The notes: generated from the letters alone by a model not told the origin. 24,000 nt of DNA from Serratia sp. UGAL515B_01 (GCF_033095805.1 NZ_CP109901.1:3011766-3035765), one strand, 5' to 3'; positions 9,307-18,734 are shown, counted from the stretch's first letter. Translations and numbers: made by a program.

Positions 9307-9565
9307 TTTAGTTGATGTTATTGATGTGGTGATAGGCGTTATTAAACATGAGCACGAAATTTTTCATCGTCATTCCTTTAACCTGCAAAGGCAAATTTTA
9401 GGCGTCCATTTGCATGATACGCATCTGCATGCACGCTATCTGTCGGGGACAAAAGTACCTTCGCAGTTATGTGGCGTTATTCAGTTCGAGCACATCTGTA
9501 TGAGCGAATAGCGTTTTAAACGGGTAACGATTAAGAGCGTTAGAGCCTGTCTTGAGCTCATTTCT

Positions 9566-9783
9566 TCATGTCTGGGATAGCCGGCCATTGGGCCTACTTG
9601 GAACGTTAAACTTGACCAGTATACGAGAAAGCGTATTAACGTAAGTCTCTTCAACTGAATCGTACTTTTTCACGTCGTCAAATGAACGACTAAAGGCTTC
9701 TCTTAAATCTCGTTCTTTGCTAGAGATGTCGTCGTTACCAACTCTTTGATAAAAAAAACAAAGATTGATACCGACTCAATCAT
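9566..9783 (-). pseudogene. Remnant or frameshifted small ORF of unknown function inside the truD-surE insertion
   Basis: A 62-codon open frame (YQRVGNDDISSKERDLREAFSRSFDDVKKYDSVEETYVNTLSRILVKFNVPSRPNGRLSQT*) has no start codon. An ATG at 9783-9781 sits in another frame and would join it only if the A8/T8 run at 9751-9758 were 9 nt long. No SD and no recognisable family. Confidence 0.3.
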
Positions 9784-9970
9784 GTTGGTTACATAGCTTC
9801 AATGCCACAATAACTACAACGCTTGCCTTGCTGCCCCAACCTCATCACAATAAAGAAAAGGACATATTGGACTCACTCTTGAAAAGAACAATAAAAACAG
9901 ATACATATGTAAATACAGTTCGGAATGTAGTTTTCTTTTTTATTATGATAAAAAATCTTTTACATTCAAT

Positions 9971-10732
9971 ATGAAAATATTATTGAGTAATGATGACGGC
10001 GTCAGCGCACCGGGTATCCAGATACTGGCAGCGGCACTGCGTGAGTTTGCCGAAGTGCAGGTTATAGCCCCGGATCGTAACCGTAGTGGGTCCTCTAATG
10101 CGCTGACATTGGAGTCACCACTGCGTACCCAGTCTTTTCCTAATGGCGATATTGCAGTCCAGCATGGAACCCCCACCGACTGCGTTTACCTTGGAGTTAA
10201 TGCTTTGATGCTCCCAAAACCCGATATGGTGATTTCAGGAATCAATACCGGGCCTAATTTGGGGGATGATGTTATCTATTCCGGTACTGTGGCTGCCGCG
10301 ATGGAAGGCCGTCATTTGGGCTTGCCGGCTATTGCCGTATCACTTAATGGTGATCACCACTATGATACAGCGGCGGTGATCACCTGCCGCTTGCTGCGCG
10401 CATTACAGCGCAACCCATTGCCTTCAGGTAGAATCTTCAACATTAACGTACCCGATTTGCCTTTGACGCAACTGAAAGGAATACGCGTGACTCGCTGTGG
10501 AAGCCGATATCCCGCCAACAAGGTATTCAGCCAGAAGGACCCACACGGTCAGAAATTGTATTGGATAGGCCCTCCAGGAGAGAAATTTGATGCAGGTCCA
10601 GATACTGATTTCGCAGCAGTGGACCAAGACTACGTTTCCGTAACGCCCTTACAGGTCGATTTAACAGCTTATGGGACACAGAATGTGTTAGCAACTTGGT
10701 TAGCCGAGGCAGAGGTTTTCGGGGAATGTTAA
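9971..10732 (+). CDS. surE: 5'/3'-nucleotidase SurE
   Basis: [20 protein letters not shown]...[14 protein letters not shown]...[10 protein letters not shown]...[25 protein letters not shown]; colinear with E. coli SurE. Confidence 0.95.
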   Translation: MKILLSNDDGVSAPGIQILAAALREFAEVQVIAPDRNRSGSSNALTLESPLRTQSFPNGDIAVQHGTPTDCVYLGVNALMLPKPDMVISGINTGPNLGDDVIYSGTVAAAMEGRHLGLPAIAVSLNGDHHYDTAAVITCRLLRALQRNPLPSGRIFNINVPDLPLTQLKGIRVTRCGSRYPANKVFSQKDPHGQKLYWIGPPGEKFDAGPDTDFAAVDQDYVSVTPLQVDLTAYGTQNVLATWLAEAEVFGEC

Positions 10733-11352
10733 AAAAACACATGCAAAAATTGCTGACGCAGTTACGTCAGCAAGGGATAAGGGATGAACTGTTGCTTAAG
10801 GCAATTGAAGAAGTCCCCCGCGAACGTTTTGTTGACGAAGCGTTAGCCCACAAAGCCTACGAAAATACGGCATTGCCTATTGGTTCGGGGCAGACAATTT
10901 CCCAGCCTTATATGGTAGCGCGCATGACCGAACTGCTAAGTTTGCAGCCGACTTCCAGAGTTCTCGAAATCGGTACAGGTTCTGGATATCAGACTGCTAT
11001 CTTGGCACATCTGGTACAGCACGTCTGCTCTGTTGAGAGGATTAAGGGGCTTCAGTGGCAAGCAAAGCGCCGTTTGAAGCAACTTGATTTGCACAATGTC
11101 TCTACCCGCCATGGTGATGGCTGGCAAGGTTGGTCATCGCGTGGCCCTTTTGATGCAATCATCGTAACAGCCGCTCCCCCTGAAATTCCCCAAGCACTAA
11201 TGCAACAGTTAGATAACGGTGGTATTTTGGTGTTGCCTGTTGGCGAACAGACGCAGATACTTCAATGTATTCAACGGCGTGGTGATGATTTTTCTGTTAA
11301 TTCTGTTGAGGCCGTGCGCTTTGTTCCCCTGGTGAAAGGTGAACTGGCTTAA
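10726..11352 (+). CDS. pcm: Protein-L-isoaspartate O-methyltransferase
   Basis: Starting at the ATG at 10726 gives 208 aa, matching E. coli Pcm in length and N-terminal register ([18 protein letters not shown] vs MVSRRVQALLDQLRAQGI). It has the SAM motif [18 protein letters not shown]. The gene overlaps the surE stop by 7 nt. Confidence 0.93.
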   Translation: MLKKHMQKLLTQLRQQGIRDELLLKAIEEVPRERFVDEALAHKAYENTALPIGSGQTISQPYMVARMTELLSLQPTSRVLEIGTGSGYQTAILAHLVQHVCSVERIKGLQWQAKRRLKQLDLHNVSTRHGDGWQGWSSRGPFDAIIVTAAPPEIPQALMQQLDNGGILVLPVGEQTQILQCIQRRGDDFSVNSVEAVRFVPLVKGELA

Positions 11353-11488
11353 AAACGATTCGATCCGGGCTGTGCCCAAGTTACCTGAAATTCAGCGGCA
11401 CCGCCAAGTAACAGACCCCATAAACACAGAACCTAAAATATCGCAGGTATGGTTTAAAAACGATGGGTAGTAATTGTTTTATTATGTA

Positions 11489-11525
11489 GCAGTACCAATA
11501 TGGTCACACAATTGGCACTGCTTTT
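11489..11525 (+). terminator. Rho-independent terminator candidate downstream of pcm
   Basis: GCAGTACCAAT (11489-11499) pairs with ATTGGCACTGC (11511-11521): 10 bp plus one A/C mismatch, with an 11-nt loop. TTTT follows at 11522-11525. Confidence 0.5.
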
Positions 11526-11687
11526 GAATCTCTGACGGGAAATCTACTGGTATTCAGTGATCGGTCAGGGAAACCCTTCTTCTTGAAGCTGAGGTAACAC
11601 TGTACTCCAAGAATTTGAAGTTGTAGCGAGAGGCAATTGGGTGCATGTTATCGCCATCCTCCAATACGCTAGGGCTTTAAAAGCACT

Positions 11688-11696
11688 TGGTATAAT
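11688..11696 (+). promoter_or_regulatory. Extended -10 promoter candidate for nlpD
   Basis: TGGTATAAT (the TGnTATAAT pattern) lies 64 nt upstream of the nlpD ATG. There is no good -35 hexamer, which is tolerable for an extended -10 promoter. Confidence 0.35.
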
Positions 11697-11759
11697 GCTC
11701 AGCTACGCTGTAAGGGTATTTTTTGGAAATAACACTGATATTGCTGTCATGGGGGAAGC

Positions 11760-12752
11760 ATGAATACGGGAAGCCCAATGATTACTTTAGGCCGGGTTGC
11801 GGTGTGTACGGTATTAAGTTTGTGGTTGGCAGGTTGTTCGAATAATAATTCTACCTCGGCACCTATTAGCAGCGTTGGTAGCGGCGGTAACGACGCTGCA
11901 ACAGTATCCAGTAATGCGGGGCGTATTGTTTACAATCGTAGTTATAGTGAGATCCCTAAGGGGAGCTACAGCGGTAACACCTATACCGTTAAGCGTGGAG
12001 ACACACTATTCTATATTGCGTGGATCACCGGTAACGATTTTCGAGATCTAGCACAGCGCAACAATATTCCTCAGCCGTATAACCTGGAAGTAGGTCAAAC
12101 CATTAAAATTGGTAATGGCTCTGCCGGGAGTAGTGGCGGTATGCTGGCTTCGACAAATTCGAGCAACGGGACTGTACCAAAGCCACCTTCAAGTCATCAG
12201 ATACAAACTACAACGGTTGATTCTCAATCAACTAACGCGTATTCTGGTAACTCAGGTAAACAGAATGTAGGTAAAATGTTACCTTCATCAGGTGCGGTCG
12301 TGACAGGTTCTGCCGCCGCTCCTGTTACCGCGCCAGCTGCGGCACCTCCGGTGAGCAGCACCGCCAGCAACAGCACTCCAGTGAGTAGTTGGAGATGGCC
12401 AACTGACGGTAAGATCATTGATAACTTCTCTTCATCGGAAGGAGGGAACAAAGGTATCGATATCTCTGGCACCCGTGGGCAGCCTATTTTTGCTACCGCC
12501 GATGGTCGTGTAGTTTATGCAGGCAACGCTTTACGGGGTTACGGTAACCTAATCATCATTAAGCATAATGATGATTACCTGAGTGCCTACGCCCACAACG
12601 ACACAATGCTGGTCCGGGAACAACAAGAAGTGAAGGCGGGGCAAAAAATAGCAACGATGGGAAGCACCGGAACCAGTTCAGTACGTTTGCATTTCGAAAT
12701 TCGCTACAAGGGGAAATCCGTAAACCCGCTGCGTTATCTTCCGCAGCGATAG
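11760..12752 (+). CDS. nlpD: Murein hydrolase activator lipoprotein NlpD (LysM plus degenerate M23 domain)
   Basis: Lipobox LWLAGCS, LysM domain ([29 protein letters not shown]), low-complexity linker, and M23 blocks ([59 protein letters not shown]). It sits directly upstream of rpoS. Confidence 0.92.
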   Translation: MNTGSPMITLGRVAVCTVLSLWLAGCSNNNSTSAPISSVGSGGNDAATVSSNAGRIVYNRSYSEIPKGSYSGNTYTVKRGDTLFYIAWITGNDFRDLAQRNNIPQPYNLEVGQTIKIGNGSAGSSGGMLASTNSSNGTVPKPPSSHQIQTTTVDSQSTNAYSGNSGKQNVGKMLPSSGAVVTGSAAAPVTAPAAAPPVSSTASNSTPVSSWRWPTDGKIIDNFSSSEGGNKGIDISGTRGQPIFATADGRVVYAGNALRGYGNLIIIKHNDDYLSAYAHNDTMLVREQQEVKAGQKIATMGSTGTSSVRLHFEIRYKGKSVNPLRYLPQR

Positions 12753-12806
12753 ATTGGGCAGAGTGTGTTGCATTCTGCTTGTAGTATCACGGGTAGGAGC
12801 CGCTTT

Positions 12807-13805
12807 ATGAGCCAAAATACGCTGAAAGTTAACGAGTTACATGACGATGCAGATTTCGACGAGAATGCCATGGAAGCCGAATCACTCGACGAAAAAGAAC
12901 TGGTAGAAGACGACACCATCGAGAACGATTTAGCTGATGATGAGCTGTTGTCTCAAAGTGTTACCCAACGCGTATTGGATGCAACGCAGCTCTATCTGGG
13001 CGAAATTGGTTATTCACCTCTACTGACTGCAGAGGAAGAAGTCTATTTTGCACGGCGCGCTCTGCGCGGAGACGTACCATCACGCCGACGCATGATAGAA
13101 AGCAACCTGAGACTGGTAGTGAAAATTGCCCGTCGTTATGGCAATCGCGGCCTTGCACTGCTGGACCTCATTGAAGAGGGAAATCTCGGCCTGATACGTG
13201 CGGTTGAAAAGTTTGATCCAGAACGCGGTTTCCGTTTTTCTACTTATGCAACTTGGTGGATACGTCAAACAATAGAACGGGCAATCATGAACCAAACCCG
13301 GACTATTCGTTTGCCAATCCATATCGTTAAAGAGCTGAATGTTTATTTACGCACCGCGCGTGAGCTTTCTCACAAGCTGGATCACGAACCAAGTGCTGAA
13401 GAGATTGCGGAGCAACTCGACAAACCGGTTGATGATGTCAGCCGTATGTTGCGCTTGAACGAACGTATCACTTCTGTTGATACGCCGCTGGGGGGTGATT
13501 CAGAGAAAGCGCTGTTGGATATTCTAGCAGATGATAAAGACAATGGGCCTGAGGACGTGACTCAAGACGACGACATGAAACAAAGCATCGTTAAATGGTT
13601 GTTCGAATTGAATGCCAAACAGCGTGAAGTGCTGGCTCGTCGTTTCGGTCTGTTGGGTTATGAAGCGGCAACGCTGGAAGATGTGGGCAGTGAGATCGGT
13701 TTAACCCGTGAACGTGTCCGCCAAATCCAAGTTGAAGGTTTACGCCGTCTGCGTGAAATTTTACAACTGCAGGGTTTGAGCATCGAGGCACTGTTCCGCG
13801 AATAA
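12807..13805 (+). CDS. rpoS: RNA polymerase sigma factor RpoS (sigma-38)
   Basis: The ATG at 12807 is preceded by AGGAG and gives 332 aa beginning [14 protein letters not shown]. Sigma-70 family regions are present: 2 ([19 protein letters not shown]), 3 and 4 ([28 protein letters not shown]). The 14-codon extension from 12765 was rejected. Confidence 0.96.
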   Translation: MSQNTLKVNELHDDADFDENAMEAESLDEKELVEDDTIENDLADDELLSQSVTQRVLDATQLYLGEIGYSPLLTAEEEVYFARRALRGDVPSRRRMIESNLRLVVKIARRYGNRGLALLDLIEEGNLGLIRAVEKFDPERGFRFSTYATWWIRQTIERAIMNQTRTIRLPIHIVKELNVYLRTARELSHKLDHEPSAEEIAEQLDKPVDDVSRMLRLNERITSVDTPLGGDSEKALLDILADDKDNGPEDVTQDDDMKQSIVKWLFELNAKQREVLARRFGLLGYEAATLEDVGSEIGLTRERVRQIQVEGLRRLREILQLQGLSIEALFRE

Positions 13806-13829
13806 ACTTTCCTTAGCCAAAGTAAAAAT

Positions 13830-13852
13830 CCACCTCTTGAAGAGGTGGCTTT
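13830..13852. terminator. Bidirectional hairpin, either the rpoS terminator or the right-end subterminal hairpin of the IS
   Basis: CCACCTCT (13830-13837) pairs with AGAGGTGG (13841-13848) across a 3-nt loop. It is flanked by aaaaat on one side and cttt on the other, so a U-run follows on either strand. It starts 24 nt after the rpoS stop. Confidence 0.55.
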
Positions 13853-13886
13853 AAATGGGGCTCCCTAGAAGGGAGCCTTGTCCGTT

Positions 13887-14324
13887 TTAATCCCGCAACA
13901 ACCCCATCTGCTGTTCGTATTCTTGGTCCTTCTTATCCTGATGCCTCACATAACGCCTTATAATTTCTTCGTTCACACCAACCGTGTCAACAAAGTAGCC
14001 CCTTGCCCAAAAGTGATTCCCCCAAAGTTTCTTCCGTATATGTGGGAATTTGTTGTAAAGGCGAATTGCACTGCGTCCTTTCAGGACGCCCATTAACGTG
14101 GATATCGAGAGTTTAGGGGGCACCATCACAACCAGATGAACATGATCTGATTGCACATTCAATTCCAATATCTCGCAATCTTTCATATTGCACAGTATGT
14201 AAATTGAACGATAAAACTCTTTCCCTACTACTCCTGTGAGGATTTTGTAACGATACTTTGGCGTCCAAACCAAGTGGTATTTACAACGCCAGAACACATG
14301 TGCTGAACTTCTATAACTGCTCAT
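13887..14324 (-). CDS. tnpA: IS200/IS605-family Y1 (HUH) transposase TnpA
   Basis: HUH motif SDHVHLVV and catalytic Tyr context HFWARGYFVDTVG. The N-terminus MSSYRSSAHVFWRCKYHLVWTPKYR is typical of IS200/IS1541 TnpA. I prefer the ATG at 14324, which has AAGGA upstream; the ORF-track start at 14375 adds 17 unlikely residues. Confidence 0.92.
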   Translation of the reverse strand: MSSYRSSAHVFWRCKYHLVWTPKYRYKILTGVVGKEFYRSIYILCNMKDCEILELNVQSDHVHLVVMVPPKLSISTLMGVLKGRSAIRLYNKFPHIRKKLWGNHFWARGYFVDTVGVNEEIIRRYVRHQDKKDQEYEQQMGLLRD

Positions 14325-14412
14325 GTCAGTGATTTCCTTCTTACTTGTGGTGAGTAAGCTGGAATTTTCTGGCATGGGCTTTCTTCAGGCTAGAGCCTCA
14401 CAGGAACAATCA

Positions 14413-14431
14413 CCACCTCCCAAGGAGGTGG
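14413..14431. other. Left-end subterminal hairpin of the IS (terminator-like)
   Basis: CCACCTCC caa GGAGGTGG, lying 89 nt upstream of the tnpA ATG. It differs by one base pair from the hairpin at 13830-13848. Confidence 0.55.
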
Positions 14432-14516
14432 TTTAGGGCTGACAACACTTAATACCAAACAAAACTGTTTATCCCTTATCTTGCGGGAAATTTGTGTTTC
14501 TTATGCCTGATTTAAC

Positions 14517-17072
14517 CTAAACTAGACTTTTCAGTCGGTAAATCCACTCCAGTGCTTGCCGTGGCGACAGAGCGTCAGCATCTAATGCCTCCAATGCTTC
14601 TAATGCCGGGGAAACCTCTTCATTCAGTAGCGTCATCTGAGTAGTATCCGCCTTACCGGCAGCAGCTTGGCTGGACATCGTCTCCAGTTCACGTAACTTC
14701 TGGCGCGCACGCTTAATCACATCACGAGGCACACCGGCCAATGCCGCAACTGCCAATCCATAACTTTTACTGGCTGCGCCATCTTGCACACTGTGCATAA
14801 AAGCAATCGTATCACCATGTTCCAGAGCATCTAGATGTACATTGACCACGCCTTCTATTTTTTCTGGCAGCGTTGTCAGTTCAAAGTAATGGGTAGCAAA
14901 TAATGTCATCGCTTTGATCCGGCCCGCCAGATTTTCGGCACAAGCCCAAGCAAGGGAAAGCCCATCATAAGTTGAAGTACCGCGACCAATTTCGTCCATT
15001 AGCACTAGGCTGTTCTCAGTAGCATTGTGAAGGATATTAGCAGTTTCGGTCATCTCAACCATGAAGGTAGAGCGACCAGAGGCTAAATCATCAGCAGCGC
15101 CCACGCGAGTAAAAATACGATCCACCGGACCGATAGTCGCTTTGACTGCTGGCACAAAACTACCAATATGTGCCATCAAGACAATCAACGCAATTTGCCG
15201 CATATAGGTACTTTTTCCGCCCATATTGGGTCCGGTAATGATCAGCATACGGCGCTGCGGAGAAAGTGAAACCGGGTTGGCAATAAACGGCTCGCTCAAA
15301 ACCTGCTCGACCACTGGATGACGACCATCAACAATGTGGATACCCCGTTGTTCACTGATGGTTGGGCAAGCGTAATTCAGCGTTTCCGCACGTTCGGCAA
15401 GATTAACCAGTACATCCAGTTCCGCCAATGCCCCTGCGCTCTGCTGTAATGCCTCAAGATGAGGTAACAACAAATCAAACAGTTCGTCATACAACCCTTT
15501 TTCTATCGACAGTGCCTTCCCTTTTGACGTCAGCACTTTGTCTTCATATTCCTTCAACTCAGGAATGATGTAACGCTCCGCATTCTTCAGAGTTTGGCGG
15601 CGAACATAGTGGATCGGGACCAGATGACTTTGCCCGCGACTGACCTGAATATAATAACCGTGCACGCCGTTAAAACCGACCTTAAGGGTGTCCAGGCCCA
15701 ACTTCTCACGTTCACGGATCTCCAGGCGGTCAAGATAATCGCTGGCGCCGTCTGCAAGTGCACGCCACTCATCCAGTTCTTCGTTATAGCCAGGGGCAAT
15801 TACACCGCCGTCACGAACCAGAACAGGAGGCGCTTCAACAATAGCACGTTCAAGTAGCGTCTTCAGTTCATCAAAATCACCGATCTGAGACAGAAGTTTT
15901 TGTACATGGGCCGTTTCTGTACTTTTCAGCAATGCGCAGATATCCGGCAATTGCTGAAAGGCATGGCGCATACGGGCAAGATCACGAGGACGCGCGGTGC
16001 GCAATGCCAATCGTGCAAGAATTCGCTCAAGATCGCCAACCTGACGCAGCGGTTGCTGTAGGTCAGCGCTTAGATTCTGCAGTGTGATGATCGCCTGCTG
16101 TCGATTGTTCAGTACAGCCATGTCGCGCGTAGGCATATGCAGCCAGCGTTTGAGCATTCGGCTACCCATTGGGGTAACGGTGCGATCAAGTATCGCAGCT
16201 AGAGTATTTTCACTTCCCCCGGAAAGGTTTTGAGTAATCTCCAAATTACGACGTGTTGCCGCATCCATGATAATACCGTCTTGCTGGCGCTCCATGGAGA
16301 TACCACGGATATGTGGCAGTGAAGTGCGCTGAGTGTCTTTGACATACTGCAATAGACAGCCCGCTGCACGTAATGCAAGATCGGCCTGTTCGACACCAAA
16401 TCCGTTGAGATCACGGGTACCAAATTGTAGATTCAGCTGTTGGCGTGCAGTTTCCAGCTCAAACTCCCACAGTGGACGACGGCGAAGGCCATGGCGCTGT
16501 TCAATCAGCACCATTTGTTCGAACGTTTCTGGATATAGTAATTCAGCCGGGTTAGTGCGTTGCAATTCAGCTGACATAGTTTCGAGATCTTCCGGTTCGG
16601 CAACTCTGAAACAGCCAGAACTGAGATCCAAAGTGGCATAACCAAAACCGCGACTATCTTGCCATATAGCTGCCAGCAAATTATCTTGGCGTTCTTGCAG
16701 CAAGGCTTCGTCGGTGATCGTGCCTGGCGTCACTATGCGTACAACTTTACGCTCTACCGGACCTTTACTGGTAGCAGGATCGCCAATCTGTTCACAAATC
16801 GCAACCGACTCACCAAGTTGAACTAACTTGGCGAGATAGTTTTCCACGGCATGGTGCGGAACGCCTGCCATTGGAATAGGTTCCCCTGCTGAAGCACCGC
16901 GCTTGGTCAGAGAGATATCCAACAATTGGGATGCACGTTTAGCATCGTCGTAAAACAGCTCGTAGAAATCCCCCATACGATAGAAGAGTAAGATTTCTGG
17001 ATGTTGCGCCTTAAGGCGCAGGTATTGCTGCATCATTGGCGTATGCGAATCGAAAGTTTCGGTTTTTGTCAT
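14517..17072 (-). CDS. mutS: DNA mismatch repair protein MutS
   Basis: 851 aa with the mismatch-binding motif [12 protein letters not shown], Walker [14 protein letters not shown], Walker [17 protein letters not shown] and C-terminal dimerisation region. Confidence 0.97.
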   Translation of the reverse strand: MTKTETFDSHTPMMQQYLRLKAQHPEILLFYRMGDFYELFYDDAKRASQLLDISLTKRGASAGEPIPMAGVPHHAVENYLAKLVQLGESVAICEQIGDPATSKGPVERKVVRIVTPGTITDEALLQERQDNLLAAIWQDSRGFGYATLDLSSGCFRVAEPEDLETMSAELQRTNPAELLYPETFEQMVLIEQRHGLRRRPLWEFELETARQQLNLQFGTRDLNGFGVEQADLALRAAGCLLQYVKDTQRTSLPHIRGISMERQQDGIIMDAATRRNLEITQNLSGGSENTLAAILDRTVTPMGSRMLKRWLHMPTRDMAVLNNRQQAIITLQNLSADLQQPLRQVGDLERILARLALRTARPRDLARMRHAFQQLPDICALLKSTETAHVQKLLSQIGDFDELKTLLERAIVEAPPVLVRDGGVIAPGYNEELDEWRALADGASDYLDRLEIREREKLGLDTLKVGFNGVHGYYIQVSRGQSHLVPIHYVRRQTLKNAERYIIPELKEYEDKVLTSKGKALSIEKGLYDELFDLLLPHLEALQQSAGALAELDVLVNLAERAETLNYACPTISEQRGIHIVDGRHPVVEQVLSEPFIANPVSLSPQRRMLIITGPNMGGKSTYMRQIALIVLMAHIGSFVPAVKATIGPVDRIFTRVGAADDLASGRSTFMVEMTETANILHNATENSLVLMDEIGRGTSTYDGLSLAWACAENLAGRIKAMTLFATHYFELTTLPEKIEGVVNVHLDALEHGDTIAFMHSVQDGAASKSYGLAVAALAGVPRDVIKRARQKLRELETMSSQAAAGKADTTQMTLLNEEVSPALEALEALDADALSPRQALEWIYRLKSLV

Positions 17073-17137
17073 AACGCTACCGCTTCTAATCCATTGAATT
17101 TAAATTTCATTGTGATTCTGATTGTTATCATTAGGTA

Positions 17138-17431
17138 TCACTTAGTCTCATTAAAAACCACTAAACGTTGCTTGCTGTTAGCACAAGCCTGAACGCAGGC
17201 TGCTATGTTGGCTATCGTATAATGTCTCCACTCAAACTCAAAACCTACGCCTAACGAGCTAAAAATGGATTTATAACTAATAAGATCAATATATTGACCA
17301 TAAAAATGGATAGCAGACGCAGAGTAGGGCAAATCTTTAGCATTCAAAGCAGTAAAAATGATGAAGCCAACGGACAAAAGCCAAACTGATATCAGTGAAA
17401 ATCGAGGCTTGCTTATTTTCACTACGATCAT
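17138..17431 (-). CDS. Hypothetical small protein with a signal-peptide-like N-terminus
   Basis: 97-aa ORF in AT-rich DNA. The hydrophobic N-terminus (LISVWLLSVGFIIFTALNA/KD) looks like a Sec signal. No SD, no recognisable family. It ends 65 nt upstream of the mutS ATG. Confidence 0.3.
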   Translation of the reverse strand: MIVVKISKPRFSLISVWLLSVGFIIFTALNAKDLPYSASAIHFYGQYIDLISYKSIFSSLGVGFEFEWRHYTIANIAACVQACANSKQRLVVFNETK

Positions 17432-17473
17432 TACGACTTTTTTCTAACGCTATACTAGCCCAGTGAGCAATAG

Positions 17474-18734
17474 GCTGTCGTAGGTAAAAATTGGAAGCTT
17501 CCCGCAACTACGCTTGCAACGGCTCAAGTTAGGTTGCAAGAACTGAAGCAAATCAGAAATGAAGGACGCTGTCCGGCCACTGAGTTGAAAGAAAGGAAGC
17601 AAAGGCTGTTAGAGGAAAGCCATTCGCGGTATCTAAGCAGTTCCTGCACGATTTATTCACCCGAGATCGTACCAAGTATCTCAGTCGAACTGACCGTGTA
17701 AGTTACTTGACCAACATTTTCAACAAACGTAAACGTATGACCTTTGATGACATGATCGGGCAGGCGATCAACCGTGGCTGTCAGGTGAAGCATCAATGGT
17801 CAAAACGCGATATACCAAACAAGCCATTCCGAAACTTGTTGAAAACAGTATGGGGCAATCTAGAACCGCTGCATATCAACCTTGATGCGTTGCGGCAATA
17901 TGTGGACACTCACCACTCAGCTAAAAATATGATGTTCTACCGCAATTTCCTGTCTCATTTGGCAGAGGTAGGCGTAGATCTGATTTCAGACACGCCACTG
18001 GTTGTTGCGTACCGGCAGTCATATAAATCAGCTAAAATAGGTGGTCGCTCGTTCGAAATCGGCACTAGCTTCCAAAGTTTGCCCTCCAAGATGAAATGGG
18101 CGTGTCTTGCTCGTGGTTACAACTACGATATAAAGAGGTGCCAGCTTGAGATCCTGCGCCATGAACTACAGTCTATCGACGTTTCAGACCGTAACTTACG
18201 GCTTCTGGATTCAAAAGTGATCTGCAAGGTTTTAGGGGTAGATGAAGCGTTGGTTAAGCAGTTTAGGTATGCCAGTGTGTTCAACTCTGGTTATGTCAGC
18301 CTTTCCTTCAGAAGTGCGACTGTCCGCCTGCTGAGAAAGGAGTTCGGACGCTCTAAAGCCAAACTATTCTCCTGCGCTGGCTTGAACACTTGGAGCCACT
18401 CAAGCACGATCTGGCTAGGTTACTGGACGTTTATGAAGCTACTGGTAAAACTAACCGCTATGGAAAGTGTGTTACAAATGCGGTGGGGCAGACCTTCAAA
18501 TGTACTTACAAGTGCGTGGCAACAGGTACACGGCGGAAGAGTGATGTAATGCGCCGCAAGCTGCTGGCTCATATGCTGCAAGGGTTGGAAAGCTTGGCGG
18601 TCTACCAATTTGTACGCGATCATCCAGGTCTGATATGCGCGTTAGAGCACGATGGGTTTATTTCTTACCGCTTGATTGATGAAAGTTGGCGGCATCCATA
18701 TTTGAAGATTGTCTTGAAAAATCAAGCATCGTAG
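17474..18734 (+). pseudogene. Frameshifted gene for a minimal family-A-like (Pol I/T7-type) polymerase; candidate mobile-element replication protein
   Basis: Three consecutive open frames overlap: frame 2 at 17474-17701, frame 1 at 17584-18549 and frame 0 at 18357-18734. The first has no start codon. The motifs occur in PolA order: A-like YNYDIKRCQLEILRH (18121-18162), B-like FRYASVFNSGY (18265-18297), YGKCVTNAVG (compare GYVxTxxG), LAHMLQGLES (compare the QGxAAD region) and C-like ALEHDGF (18639-18659). The spacings are about 47 aa from A to B and about 127 aa from B to C, close to Pol I. Confidence 0.55.

Larger units (their letters stand above)
13815..14455 (-). mobile_element. IS200/IS605-family insertion sequence (IS200/IS1541-like); outer boundaries uncertain by tens of bp
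   Basis: A single Y1 HUH transposase gene is bracketed by two near-identical 8-bp-stem hairpins: CCACCTCT/AGAGGTGG at 13830-13848 and CCACCTCC/GGAGGTGG at 14413-14431. A further stem (CTTACT...AGTAAG, 14336-14354) abuts the tnpA RBS. This matches the published IS200 architecture. Exact cleavage sites cannot be set without a reference copy. Confidence 0.75.

Noticed and set aside
9308-9373. Minus-strand mini-ORF MTMKNFVLMFNNAYHHINNIN* with an AAGGA upstream, and plus-strand MSTKFFIVIPLTCKGKF* (9348-9401), considered as type I toxin or leader peptides
   Set aside because: The peptides are neither convincingly hydrophobic like Hok/Ldr/Ibs toxins nor next to an operon they could attenuate. With no repeat or antisense RNA structure identified, this is too speculative to call.
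9281-9511. 76-aa plus-strand ORF starting inside the truD 3' end ([17 protein letters not shown]...HLHDTHLHARY...)
   Set aside because: It has no SD and begins within truD in another frame. Its composition is odd and His/Leu/Val-biased, with no recognisable family. It more likely opened by chance in AT-rich insert DNA.
12765-12806. Upstream extensions of rpoS (start 12765), pcm (start 10696), tspO (start 5320), tnpA (start 14375) and the two ABC ATPases (starts 21942 and 22772)
   Set aside because: In each case an internal ATG matches the homologue's N-terminus or length. Each internal ATG also has a better SD or a stop/start coupling overlap, and the extensions add non-homologous residues.
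18357-18390. Programmed -1 ribosomal frameshift as an explanation for the frame 1 to 0 switch in the polymerase-like gene
   Set aside because: I found no X-XXY-YYZ slippery heptamer or downstream structure in the overlap. The gene also has a second frame break and no start codon, so decay is the simpler explanation.
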